This document shows, one piece after another, positions 48,201 through 60,717 of a stretch of 64,000 nt of DNA. The notes beneath the pieces were generated by a model, which was given only the letters and a program-made list of their open reading frames with translations, was not told the origin of the DNA and searched no databases. Source of the DNA: Obrimoposthia wandeli (Eukaryota). The stretch spans positions 124,001-188,000 of the forward strand of contig CDROCS010000943.1 in NCBI GenBank assembly GCA_977020255.1, read 5' to 3'. A program made the position numbers and the translations under genes. Position 1 is the first letter of the stretch. Every line of letters begins with the position of its first letter.

Positions 48201-51200
48201 TTAGTTATCCATATATTCTTGTAGTAATTTGTTTAGAGTCTACTAAATTTTATAAGGAACCCGACATATTTGAGGTAGAATAGCCTGTAATCAAAAATTA
48301 CAGCCGTTGTGAAGCTCTCATAAAGAACCACCTGCGAGTTGTGTTAACGTTATCCACCGTAGTATAGTTAATGCATACCGACAGATCATTTTACCTTCAG
48401 AGTTGAGATGGGAAACAGGCAGTGGTGGGATTCAAGGGTTCGCACCGGTTCGCGCGAACCGGTTCCTAAAAATATAAAAGTTCGCAGAACCGCCTGAACC
48501 GGTTCCTGGACTACCTTCTTCGACTGAAACGTAAAATTCAGCAAACATTTAACTACAATATATTAATATTTAAACATAAAAAAATCCGAGCACAGATTTT
48601 TTCATGTATATATAATATGGTGAAATGAACCTTCTACATATAACAATGGTTCAACCGTTTAAGTAAAATTGATAAATATATTTTAATGATCTTCCTGATT
48701 GTTGGAATGTGAAACAAGCCGAGATGTTTAAGCAGAAATACGATTGTTTAGTTGTTATAAACAAGAAACTAGGGTGTGATTCATGTGCCAAATTTGATGC
48801 TTTAACTGGAAAGGATAAACACATATCTAAAGAATGGAAGAAATGTAACGTTGAAGGACACGGGAAAAATAAAGCCGTTGAGCAGGCGTCTCTTAGGAAA
48901 AAAATGAACGACCATTTTACATCTAAAGCACACAATTTATGCGTTATGCATCTGAAAGAACGCGAAAATGATGGTATTACCAAAGCTATTGATAAAATAA
49001 ATGAAAATTTTAATAGCTCTACAAACAAAGTATTCAATACAGTTTATAGTATAGTAAAACCAGTGGTGGGATTCAAGGGTTCGCACCGGTTCGCGCGAAC
49101 CGGTTCCTAAACAGTTTGAATCCCACCACTGGAAACAGGGTATGCCCTACAGTAAGACATACTCTTAAAATCTCACGAATTAGAGGCTTTACTACGAAAT
49201 GTAACAACTCTAACCCCAACAAATGAATGATGAAAAGAATTTGGCCTCTCGCTGAACAGTAGATACGTGTACAAATAAAAAACATAGGTTAAAAAAAGCA
49301 TTTTTATGTATTGTGATTTTTAACTACAGAGAAAAGTGTAAAATACGATTGTGATTTGTAATTAAAACTGTCGTCTTCCAATATTGTAATCATCAATATC
49401 AATGATCAATGCTGAAGATATGAAGATATGTGGTGTAAATGCGAAACCGACCTATTGGCCGTCAAAGTGAATGTTATGAATTTGGTGCACCGCTGTGCTC
49501 AGCAGAATGTACAGCATTGAATTACAATTGAAAATGCACTTACTAATGAATTCACTCTCACTAACAAATTTACTTTATTGATTTAGTTGAAAGCATATGG
49601 TTGCTCTTTTCACTCAGAATTTAAGATGGACTTTATTTATTATATTGCTAATTAATAATTACATCTGACGACATTTGTTTCACAGAACAAACACTTGCAC
49701 TTGAACAATTTGATTGTGATGAAAAAAATGAAGTAGTATTTTAAGTATTTATATTATTTGCGCAAATTGTTTGATTTATTATGAACTAAGAGTAACATTT
49801 TAAGTAACTCATTATAATGTTTCAAAATGTGTCCTTAAAAACCAAAAGAAATTAAAATTCGCCTAAGAAAAATTCGGACATTTATTAAAGGTTTATTTTA
49901 GAACGTATACATTAATTAATAAATAAATACATGAAAATGTGTGGCACCATTTTTGTAAACCCTAATATATCCTGATTCACCCTGTCCATCACAACATTAA
50001 TACCGATTGTGGTTTGAAATCAATAAAGTATTCGAGTTTTCAGTTCTGATTGATCATTTGCATGTCGAGTTATTTTTGAGGAATTTATGTTATTATATTC
50101 CCCAGAAATTTTGAATTGGGGACCACTGGGTGATTAAAGTCATTTTCAACAAATTGTATTCCCTCAGTTTCTTAGAAGTTAAGTGAATGCTTAGCATAGT
50201 GGCTCCTCAGGTGACATGACTTATGATGTCATCTGAATTCTGAGATTCACGCTTTGGAATTGTCTGCAACAGCTTTCTTATGTATATTTGCCTCAAAAGA
50301 CTTGACTAATTTTCTTATCTTATCATCAATGTCTCTTGATGTTAAGTAACTCCCTTCTTGAGTAAATTAATGTTTCACATATCCCTTTTTGGGTTTTAAT
50401 TTTAATATTTAATCATTTCCACTTGTCCTTAATATGTTCTTGATCAGGACTATAAACAACTTTTTTTTTAAAAAATCTTTATACTAACCGTCAATTTATG
50501 AATATTGTTTTTCCATTTTTTATTTCAGATTATATTTATAATTATTTTCTCTACACTGTCAGAGAATACATTCACGTTGTTTGCAACAATTTTCTCAAGT
50601 TCTTCATCGGGAATATATTTTGATTTATTTATTGTCTACAGATTCTGCATTTCACATTTCTCTTTAGAAAAATTTCATGAAAAAATTATTGAAGACATTG
50701 AGCGTGATCTTGTCACAAAATTCTGTTGTAGCTCACGGCTAGGATATGTTTGTAAGATTTAAATATAATTAGAACTATTTCTGTTAGCGCTATGACTATT
50801 TAAGTAACCCTAAAACATTTTACCTTGCATTTCCAAGTAAACATTATCGCTATTATTGAAAGAAGTGTTGCAAAAAAAACGGGTTTTTTGCGTTTCCATA
50901 AGTTTTTTCAATATACTTAAAAATATTACATAATATCCTTAGAATCTAATTTTTATTAAATTATACTGTAAAAAATTAAAATCTAAAAAAATCATCGTTT
51001 CAATAATGAACAAATAAATAATTAAAAAATAAAAAAACTACTTAACCATGTGATTTATTAAAATACAAATATGTTAATTTTTCAACACGTTCATCAGTGA
51101 GTCTATTTCTTTCTGTGGAATGAACATTCTTCATTAATGACCAAACGTTTTCGCTTGAACCAGAGGATGTATATTAATAATCACTTGGCAGTTAAATCAA

Positions 51201-54200
51201 AATTAAAATAGAACAAAGTCCTGGCAAACACTCAAACTATAAAGCAATTTATGCTAATCCGTGTCAATTTGGAACTTGTCATTCCATTCAATTTTATTAT
51301 AATTGTCAGTTCTTGTGACAAATTGAATTAAACTTATCCATATATTTTCATTATTTCCTATGATGAAATCAAAAATTGATTTCCATTTGTTTATTCTTGC
51401 ATTTAAGATCTTAGCTACATGTGCTATTGGTTATGAAATCTTTCCTTTTTTCAAAGATCCCAGATATTACTTGTTCCTCAATTATTTATCTTAAAGACGC
51501 CATAAGTTTATCAATTCTTGGTATAACATGGTGCATTCGAGCCTCATCTCCTTCAAAATATAAAGTTTCAGTTTTTATAGGTAGTAAGATTTTTAATGAT
51601 TTTTGTACTACATCTTTAAATAGCAATCATGAATACTTTTTACCAGTAAATTTTTGTATAAGCGGTCTGGTAGTTCATGGGCAATACCCATTAGTAATTC
51701 ATGAGCCTCTGATATACGCTCAAACATTTCACTTAACGAAACCCAACTTGTTATAACATACTTACCAGGACTTTGTTCTATTTTAATTTTGATTTAACTG
51801 CCAAGTGATTATTAATATACTTGACGATTTCATCACAATGTTTCACTAATTCATTAAGCCAGTATTCACATTTTAATATATCAGATACAAATAGATTCAA
51901 TCCATGAGATATGCAACAGTAAGTTATTAAATGCTTATATTTATCTTTAAGGATTTACCAGGCTTTTTTTCATATTTGCTGCATTGTCAGTAACAATTGA
52001 TGTTACTTTATCAGAACCCAATTCGTCTATAACAGCAGAAATCCTAGTTGCTATTAAATCTCCTGTATGCATAACGTTTGATAAATTTTCAGCTTTATAA
52101 AATATTGGTTTAGGTGTCAATACAACAAAATTAATAATACAGTCATCTTTAATATTTGACCAACCATCTGAGGCAATTGAGAGAGATGGTGCTTCCCTAA
52201 TTATTTTATTGATTTTTTCCTAAAATATAAAGATAATTTATTAACTTCCTAAAGTTACTTTGGATTCAAGATATATTTCAAATTGCTAGACCATCATTCG
52301 TAGCACATATTCCATCGATAAATGATTTATCTGGACGACTTCTCGAATAAATATATCTTGAATCCAAAGTAACTTTAGGAAGTTAATAAATTATCTTTAT
52401 ATTTTAGGAAAAAATCAATAAAAAAGGTGACTGTATTATTAATTTTTGTTGTACCCTAAACTAATATTTGACCAACCATCTGAGGCAATTGAGAGAGATG
52501 GTGCTTCCCTAATTATTTTATTGATTTTTTCCTAAAATATAAAGATAATTTATTAACTTCCTAAAGTTACTTTGGATTCAAGATAAATATTTCTTCGAGA
52601 AGTCGTCCAGATAAATCATTTATCGATGGAATATGTGCTACGAATGATGGTCTAGCAATTTGAAATAAGGCCTTAAAATCCTCCGACAATGTAGTATCAA
52701 GAGAAGTAGAACTATTGGTTATGGCTCATTTTCTGAAATTCATTTGACATTTCTTTAAATGTTCAGCAAGTCGAGTTGAACTTGCTTCTGTTAGCTCCTT
52801 AGTGCAAGATTTGCACATAAAAACTAAAATAATATATAAAATTAGTAAATCATAACTTACTTTTGTACTTTCCATCAGGGCATTCCACTAAATCAAAGTT
52901 CTTCAAAATATCTAATTTTAAAACACCAGGCATATTTGCTAATATCATATTATTTAAACAAATATTATATTCTTTCGATTTAAAAAAAACAATATGTTTT
53001 CAATTAAAAAAAGTATTTTTCGTTTTTTTTGTTTCTTTGTTGTTTTTTTCATCACTAATTGAAAGTCATATTTTAGGACGTTTCATGGTCTCTCTATATG
53101 GTGGTGACAATCGTGTAATTGTTTCGTATGAAAAAAGTACATCTTTCCTGGATTCCTTATTCCAATCCTTAAAAAACATACCGAAATTAAATTTTCTTTG
53201 GTTGGGATTATTATTGAAAGGTAGTAGCGACGGGTGTGTACAAAGGGCAGGGATGTAATCAGCGCAAGCTAATGACTTGCACTTACTAGGGATTCCTCGT
53301 TCATGTGGAAAAATTGCAATCCACAATTCCTGATACGACAGTGTTTCAGCAGGTTACCCGGCCATTTCTAGCTAGGATTGAATACTCGCTGATACTGCCA
53401 TTGTAGCGCGCGTGCGGCCCCGGACATCTTTTTATGAGCTATTTCAATATATAACTACAAATTTAGTTTATTCTATTTGATTTTTTATAATCCACATTCG
53501 CCGAAAAATATGAGTTTGGCATCGATACAACGAGTGAAATGTAGATATTTAGCCCGAATGAGTTTCGTTAGCGTCCATTTAAAAAATAAGATATTTTTGC
53601 TGGCAATTATAATAGTTTTACTTTTTTATAAAATGAAGTTTATTATAATCTAAAATATAATTTAGTCGTTTATTTATGTATTCTAAATTTCTGATTATCT
53701 TAAAATTATTATACCAATTTAGAATAAAGTTTATTGACAAAATATATATTTAATTTTTTAAAAATATAATAAAGGAAAAGTATAATAAATAATAAAAATA
53801 ACTAGAAAAAAGTAATCATTCGTGTAATTTAATAAAAATATATTATTAAACCATTATGTTGATAAATTAAATTTAAATTACAATAATATTTTAAAATTAA
53901 CAGTAAAATTAAATATAAAGTATAACAAAATTTATGTTAGAATCACTTTCAAATTTTATGTACCTTATAACTTGTGAGATTTCCAAAAATTTCAAAATTT
54001 TCTTTTGATTAAAAACTTCATTTTGTAATTTGAATTAGATTTAAAATATGCAAAATATTAAATTATTTTTATTAATTTATTATTATTCATTTTTATAAAC
54101 GTATATTTCATTTAATATTAGAGTTTTAATATGAATCGCCCATTGACAATAAAGAAGAGTCTTATCTAATAAACACAATTTTCAGACTCGTCACTTCCTC

Positions 54201-57200
54201 ATCATGTACGAGACTCATTCGAATCAAATGCTAGAAAGTATCTTTCACGGTGACTTTGAAGAAGTAATTGTTATTGTCTAAATATTTTAGATTTTTACAA
54301 ATTTTTTATTAAAAAAATTCCATTTCGTCAGAATTCTGAGATAATGAAATGATCAGAAAACACATTTTGAAACAGAAAATAACGATATAACATATTTTGA
54401 AACAGTATATTTAGTTATAACAATTAATTATGAGGAACGATTTGTTTTCTAATAGATTCCCTTGTTGCCAACGTGAGCCGAGTATTTCAACTAGCCTCTT
54501 AGAAAGATTCAGACTGACAGTTTTCTAAACATCGATATTTCATCATCTGTATCACTTTCCTTAATAATCTAATCAGTATGAACCTCGGATATAGAAATCT
54601 TACAAACTACATAGATAATTTAATTAAAAAAAGGACAAAAATATTAAAAATGAATCTTTGAGCCTAAAATTCTAATTTAAAATATTTTTGGACGTGGTCG
54701 TGTATTAAAGTTATTTTTATCGCAATCAGAATGCAAAAATCTTATCTTCATTAGAGGAAAAATTATCATATTGCGCTGTGAAATCAATGCAGATGAAGTT
54801 GATTTATTTCTGGTTCACAATTTTTAGGCCACACGGTTCGTTGACTCGCTGTGGAGCCGTTCTCCACAACACTTTTCGCATCTTCTAGTGAGAGCCGCTG
54901 TCGTTCTGAGAGTGGTCAGTCTTGATGCACAGGTATACTGGACTCTGCTTCGCCAGATGTTACCAGCAATGGGGGCCAATCTTCCTCTAAAGTGAGCTGA
55001 TTAACAACAATTTTTATACTTGGTCGGTTCAGAAAGTTTCGATAACCGCATTTTATTTGTTATTTTGAAGGTTAAAATTTATGCTTTTTTTTAAATACTT
55101 TAAATCTAAAGGAAGTTTTAATTTTCATATATAAATGTGACATGAGTATATGCATTTTAGCTATAGTAGCAAATATTTTGTAGGCTGAAGTAATCACAGA
55201 GTTAACTAATCATTCTAGAAAATTAGGATTTCCAGTAATAATTACATTTTACAACTTTTAATCTTATTTCAGATATCTCAACAGTCTCGTGGGCTTCTTG
55301 TACGATCTGCCGGAGCTTCTGAAACAGAAGATTTCTCGTTCTTATGAAGAACTCAGTCGTCATAAAATCTTATGTGATCATATATATATATTTTAACACA
55401 AACCCTCACAATTTTCTCAATGTGACAACTTCGATTTTAAATAGAAACGTATCACATACAATTAGAAGTAGCATACATGTAACTAAATAATACTGAGTGA
55501 TAATAAAATATATCTACCCAAATACATATGGCACAATAAAATGAATATTCCAAGTTGAAAATTTTTAAAATCAATTGTTTAAATATATATTTCAGCAATT
55601 GTATTGTTAAACAATTTACCATTGCAATGAAAAATCTGAGGCTATTGTGCTGTAGCAAAAGTATTTGAAAAATAAAATTTTGAAAACCTTATGTTCAATT
55701 AAAAATGAGTTTAATTTATGATTCAGTTGCGCTGATGTTCAAGCATGCCTGTCTATGTTGGCTTCGAGCAAATCGGCTCTATCAGACCTCTTTCCCAGAC
55801 ATTGTTTCATCTGACACAGTGAGCCACATTCTCTGTGACCTTGAGAAGGTGGATGTGGATGCAGTCGCAATGGAAACTATCCAATTTGTCCGGTCAGATG
55901 CAGCAAGTCTACTTTATGAGCACCTCATCACAAGTAGGTCAATTCATTACATTTGGTTTCAATAAAGTACCAAAGATATCGCAGATATAGAATTTATTTT
56001 GAATATGATTATAAAATTGTACATCATATTGTATTTATATTTAATACATTATATTAAGAGTTTATCTAATTTATGCAAAAAATTTCAAAAAGTTTTTAAT
56101 GTCGAATCATTTATAAATTTTTAGACAATGATGAAATCATAATAACATGCTGCAGTCATATCAAATAGATATATATATTACGAAAATACTTTTCTACCTA
56201 TATAACTACAATGCTAACGCCGGTAATTATTACAACAAGACTAGATTTTCAAAATTATTTAATTTACAAAATTAAATGGCTTGCAAAATATTTTGTACAA
56301 AACTGTTAGAATTATATTCATATTAAAGAAAAGAGACAAATGATACTCCATTGACTACTGATCAATGCCAGAATTGAATTCGAGCTCCAAACTTTTTATA
56401 AAAAATGTATTCTCACAAAAGCCTAAATATTCCTATGATCTTCTCAAGCCTGTGTAATGAGCATGTATATTAGGGTGATAACCTTTTTACAACCTCAAAC
56501 TTACATGATCTTACTGGATGAGAAATTGTGCAAAACTAATGAGTTTTATAAGTTCACGCATTTTATAACAAAATTTCGTGAATTGACCGAATTATTATTA
56601 TTATCGAATTATATGGCACTAAAAATCTATACACGTTAAGTGTAATGCGAAAGATTATTCCAATATTTTATTTGACAAAACAATTTTCAAATTCAAAGTA
56701 AGGTTACTTTTACAGTAGCGAGCTAAGTCCTGCATAATTTTAATTCCACCTTCAGCACATATGTTGTTGCATTGACTGTTCATATGCGAATCGTCGATAA
56801 CTCAGTGTCGGTCTTGAAGAGAAGTACAATCGATTTCAGTTTTTCATACGTTGTCACATCATACAAGTGCTTAGAAAACCATACGCCTGACCTCACACCG
56901 GCTATGAATCGGCATATGTGCTTCAGTTCCATAAAAAACATGCTATAACAAAATATCTCAACAAATAACATACCTGACATTGCTGAGGTTTGTCAGTGAT
57001 TTGAAATTCACAAATGGAAATGATTCATGATTCTCGTAATACTGGTAATAATGTTCAAATTCCAAGAGAAATTTCATATCGTCTCTCCATTTCATATTTG
57101 CAATCTTGATCTTGATGCCAATCCCCTCAAACTCTGACTTTAGAGTAACAAAGTTTTCTACTAACTGATATAAAATCGTAGCTGATATTAGGCGACGTTG

Positions 57201-60200
57201 TTTTGCCTTCCAATACTTCATCCATCACATGCTTCAAAAGTAAATCCAGTACGTGGTGTTGGCACCCAATACTGTGGTTCGTCAACAACGATTGATTCAA
57301 AATGCTTCTTCAGTAAAGTTACTACTTCCGCCTTACAGCCAGTATTTACATTTGTAGTGTATGTTATAATCATTTCCACTGAACCCCGCAGATTAAAATC
57401 ATCAGTAGATCTTGATTCGGTGTCTGAATCACAAAGTATGTATGAGATGCTAGTAAGTGGATGTGTCCGGTCTAATCCACCCCAGGGGGCTACCACTGTC
57501 CTTTAAAACCGTGCATGTGTGTGAAGTGAAATTTAAAAAGAAATTAAAAAGCAACAAATGGAGGGGTTACCCCAACTTCAAAATTAATTTTCGCCCGAAT
57601 CTTCCCAACCCTAAACTACCCCTTTTGGGAGGGCTCTGTTAGCGCCCTCCGGGCGCAAAAATAACTACAAAAATCATGCACTCCGAGCGCTACAGTATTT
57701 TTCATTATCTTTATCCATCTACACATACCCCACATCGCACTATGACAACTACACATGTATATGTCGTGTCATATCACTATAAATTATGGATTTTCAAATA
57801 AATTATTTCAATAAGACGCTCTCATTGGAAGATAAAAGAGGGTTAGTCTGATGTTTGTGTATATAAAGAGACCTCAGTTCATTATTTTTCATAAATCAAA
57901 TTCAACAATGCCATTCTACAACAACGTCGATTTGGATGAAGAGACGGAGTTTCAACTGTATGGGAATCTCTCTCCTGTACAGCAGAAAATGCCACCACCG
58001 TCGCAGTACATTGACTTACTTAGTCAAGACTTGTCGGTGGTGAGCAAAGAAGAAGGAGAAGCAGCAGCGAGAGCGGAAAAAGAATCGCCATTGGCCAGCA
58101 CAACTCTGACAGAAGAACCAATGGGTGAGAGATCTCAATATATCGACCTGACAAGTCAGTATTCGATCGAGAATTGGGAAGACTGTACTCCCTGCCAGAA
58201 TACAGAAGCTGTTCGTCCGGCAACATCAGCAGTAAGGTGCAAGGAGATCCAAACTCTTTGAAAATTTCGAAATAGCAACCAAACGCTCATAAAAATTGAT
58301 CACGCTGGCTCAGCCGAAGATAGTCCTCGCACCGGCAATAGAGCTTACGTATGGATGTGGCCTATTTAGGTTTTATCTCACTTAACTTAGTCTCAAGTCT
58401 GAAGGTTTTTTGTGCTAATGTCGGTGAGGTGTGTATAGAGTTGTGTGCACAAGGTACTGAAAGGTTTTCCTTACTGTAGTGTGGTGTGTGGGGGGATTTG
58501 TATAGTTCTAATCGTATGTGGGTTGATCGATTGACTTGATGTGTAGAAAATATATTTATTTAAAATTAACTAAAAAATGCGAGACTGACAATAATTTGTC
58601 CTTTAACTAAAAATGTGCTACAAACGACAACGATTTGTTCGGCTACGCTCGTCTCCACACGGGTAAACAAGGATGACCCTAACCTAACGTATTGCTTTTA
58701 ATTTGACCCAGTAATTCTAAAGGTTCCCCTTCTTAACGTCTCTTAGCTCCTATTCTCCGAATTGACCTTACTCAGTGAAGTAAAATTTGTAAAAAAAAAG
58801 TTCTGTATTCCACTGGTGTGAACTTAACAATTTATAAAATTCAGATATAATTTCGTGTCCCTTAATTCACTTGTGTGAAACAATAAAATTCAAATATGTT
58901 TTCGGGTTCCTTAATTCACTTGTGTGAAATGAACAATACTTCCACTAATTTCCCAAATTTATGAAATGCAACATATTATTTGTATTTCGGGTTTACTTCT
59001 CACCTCTTCCTAATAAAACGATTCACCGAAAGTCCACTGCAAGGTCCACAGAAAGTCCACGGAGCGATCCTTAGAGAGCTTCACAGAATCCAATCTTGTC
59101 TTGGCTCTCCTGTCGTATTGATATCTGGTCTTTCTGGAAGCACTTTTTGAGTTATTTTTAGACCTACTAATATTCCTTCCGAATTCACTTTCCGCGTTGA
59201 TCTCGTTGACTTCTCCCAATTCCAAGTTTGTCAAAATACTTGTTTTTCGGCTCCAGTTTGTTGATGGGATTTGGTTTCTCTCTATTTTGGAAAAACGAGT
59301 AATTTTTCTTTCCTCTCTTACAAAACTTTACCTCAGGTCGAATTTTCTTATTGTTCTATTGAGCTGCGATTCCTTATGTTTTAATTCTGTTTTTGTGTGA
59401 GCTGCGTTTGCTATCACTGCTCTTTTATTCCTAAAAATTTGACGGCTGGCCTCCTTCTTGACTGTCTATTAGTGGCACGTCTGCATGGAAAATTGCACTC
59501 GAATTAAAAGCAACTAGACGCTAAAACAACCAAATCACTGACTCTCGACAATCTCTACGACTGATGTCTTCTCACGGCAATGTTGGTTCTGTATTATCTT
59601 AATGGATTTCGAGTTCAATTATCTTGACGGCTGGTATCTTCTCGCAGCAGTGTCTACTTGGCAATTCTTAATTGATTTCTTTATCTAGTTTTTCTATTTT
59701 CTTTTTGATTGTCTTTCTTAATTTCTTACTTTTTTTTTAGTGATTGTAAATTTCTGGGGCCCTTAATTTTTTCTAACTTACCTTTTTTTCTTTCTCACAT
59801 CTGTATATCTAACATCATACACGACCTCTCAAGGTCCTTAAACTTATTCAAAATTGTTTAGCCCAATTATATTTTAATTAAAAAATTTATTTATTCGTTT
59901 TATTTTATTTAGCCTTGCTTTCAAGGTTCTATTTTCCTATATAAATAATTAATTAATTCTGTAATTCCTAATCCTAACACTGTTCCTAAACGAGACAGAC
60001 ATGTTATCATGAGCTATTGCTAAAGAAAATAATCAATAAGTAAAAAGGTCTCACAAAAGGCAAGAATGTCCTCATTTTAGGGTTGTTTCGTAAGTTTAAA
60101 AATGTCTAAAATGCTGAAATGCTATTATTCGAGGTTTAATGGTATACATATACCACTCGGACACTATTCTACCACTATCATTTTATTCAGATTTTGAATC

Positions 60201-60717
60201 GCTTGAGAATCTGATCGAGGAGAACTTCGTTGCCAGTCACATCTTAGAGTGGGTGGAGAATGTCAATTGTCGCTTTAAGGTGAGCATTATTACTCTTTAA
60301 TTGATCTAGAACATTGAATAATCAACTATCTATTGATAGTTCTTCTTTTCCCTCGATATATGCTCATATTTGTCGTGCAGCATCTGGATATACTAATCAA
60401 CGGCCAGACGGCCTCACGTGAGAATATAGAGTGTTGTGTGGTGTGGACTCGATTCTTTTGTGGGCTCCAGAAGATACTCATACTGGAACAACTCTCGTCT
60501 TACTGTGAGTGACAGATTCCCAGCAACGTAGCCAACAAAGTGACACTGGTACATATGACCCAACGGGTCTAACATACATATTAAAGCAATTACATTCACA
60601 AAATTTACAATTATCGTATTCGTTATAAACTCCATCGGTGTTTGTTTGTTTCCAGGCTTTATTGGTGCAGGTACATTTATTAAAGCGGAGGCGTTTATTA
60701 AAAGTAACAAAAAGTAA
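45270..60717 (+). CDS. RFX: RFX4/RFX6/RFX8-type transcription factor. Exons 45270-45278 (tentative), 45450-45508, 45856-45979, 46506-46642, 47082-47196, 54186-54263, 54828-54991, 55273-55373, 55727-55933, 60191-60279, 60381-60504, 60656-60717 (tentative)
   Basis: RFX DNA-binding domain [16 protein letters not shown]...PATFGK|[28 protein letters not shown] and dimerisation segments align to RFX4 ([33 protein letters not shown]). All introns are GT-AG and phase-compatible (422 aa model). Confidence 0.88.
45856..45979 (+). CDS. RFX: RFX DNA-binding domain exon A
   Basis: (W)[41 protein letters not shown]. Confidence 0.92.
46506..46642 (+). CDS. RFX: RFX DNA-binding domain exon B
   Basis: [45 protein letters not shown]. 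Confidence 0.95.
47702..49300 (+). mobile_element. solo LTR, TGTTAAG family (copy A2), split by a hAT insertion
   Basis: TGTTAAG start and TATTTATAGTCCTGGTCAAG motif. AGGTAGAATAGC / TTTTACCTTCAG / GCCCTACA blocks are shared with 6500-6670 on both sides of the hAT. Right end approximate. Confidence 0.55.
48420..49131 (+). mobile_element. non-autonomous hAT element with transposase N-terminal (TTF-type Zn finger) ORF
   Basis: TIR CAGTGGTGGGATTCAA / TTGAATCCCACCACTG; perfect 8-bp TSD GAAACAGG (48412-48419, 49132-49139); ORF 48709- with GCDSC...H....H. Confidence 0.9.
50130..50510 (-). mobile_element. partial inverted copy of the TGTTAAG LTR family
   Basis: Reverse complement TTTATAGTCCTGATCAAGAACATAT at 50433-50457 and the family hairpin at 50206-50236. 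Confidence 0.45.
51040..52900 (-). mobile_element. hAT transposase fossil (BED finger, DUF659 core, dimerisation domain)
   Basis: [23 protein letters not shown]; SDGWSN...IINF...HTGDLIA...[13 protein letters not shown]...CISHGLNL; [19 protein letters not shown]. Confidence 0.9.
53214..53429 (-). pseudogene. 18S rRNA gene fragment (3' region) in an RFX intron
   Basis: Reverse complement of AGATGTCCGGGGCCGCACGCGCGCTACA ... GCCCTTTGTACACAC-CCGTCGCTACTACC. It has a 3-nt deletion in the universally conserved GTACACACCGCCCGTC motif. Confidence 0.92.
54186..55933 (+). CDS. RFX: RFX central exon cluster (54186-54263, 54828-54991, 55273-55373, 55727-55933)
   Basis: [26 protein letters not shown] aligns to RFX4 [26 protein letters not shown]; the following exons align without gaps to RFX4 domains C and D. 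Confidence 0.88.
56700..58300. other. unidentified divergent ORF pair (decayed minus ORF 57496->56780; plus ORF 57908-58261), probably a mobile or viral insert
   Basis: Higher GC than flanks, overlapping frameshifted ORF pieces and a GC hairpin cluster at 57621-57656; no family recognised. Confidence 0.35.
58542..60055 (-). mobile_element. possible solo LTR or retroelement fragment
   Basis: Minus strand starts TGTGAGACC and ends AATAAATATATTTTCTACA; internal short tandem repeats; no matching TSD. Confidence 0.3.
60191..60504 (+). CDS. RFX: RFX dimerisation-domain exons (60191-60279, 60381-60504)
   Basis: [24 protein letters not shown] aligns to RFX4 [24 protein letters not shown]; [17 protein letters not shown] aligns to FLLMWSCFGTRVIRDMTL. 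Confidence 0.8.

Noticed and set aside
51215-51230. AAGTCCTGG resembling the LTR-family TATAGTCCTGG motif
   Set aside because: Derived from hAT coding sequence by inverted duplication; coincidental similarity.
51421-51756. Plus-strand 111-aa ORF
   Set aside because: Antisense to the hAT transposase core.
52863-53326. ORFs 52863-53258 and 53066-53326 as genes
   Set aside because: They span the hAT end and the 18S fragment; chance frames.
55862-55875. X-box-like GTCGCAATGGAAAC inside an RFX exon (autoregulation)
   Set aside because: One mismatch to consensus and constrained by codons (VAMET); a single site is not significant.
57640-57668. Helitron 3' end (hairpin plus CTRR)
   Set aside because: Ends CTAC rather than CTRR, and no 5' TC end or Rep/helicase is seen.
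60541-60626. RFX exon encoding [10 protein letters not shown] (similar to RFX4 YLLESLHCQ)
   Set aside because: No acceptor gives the correct phase without a frameshift; kept only as a curiosity.
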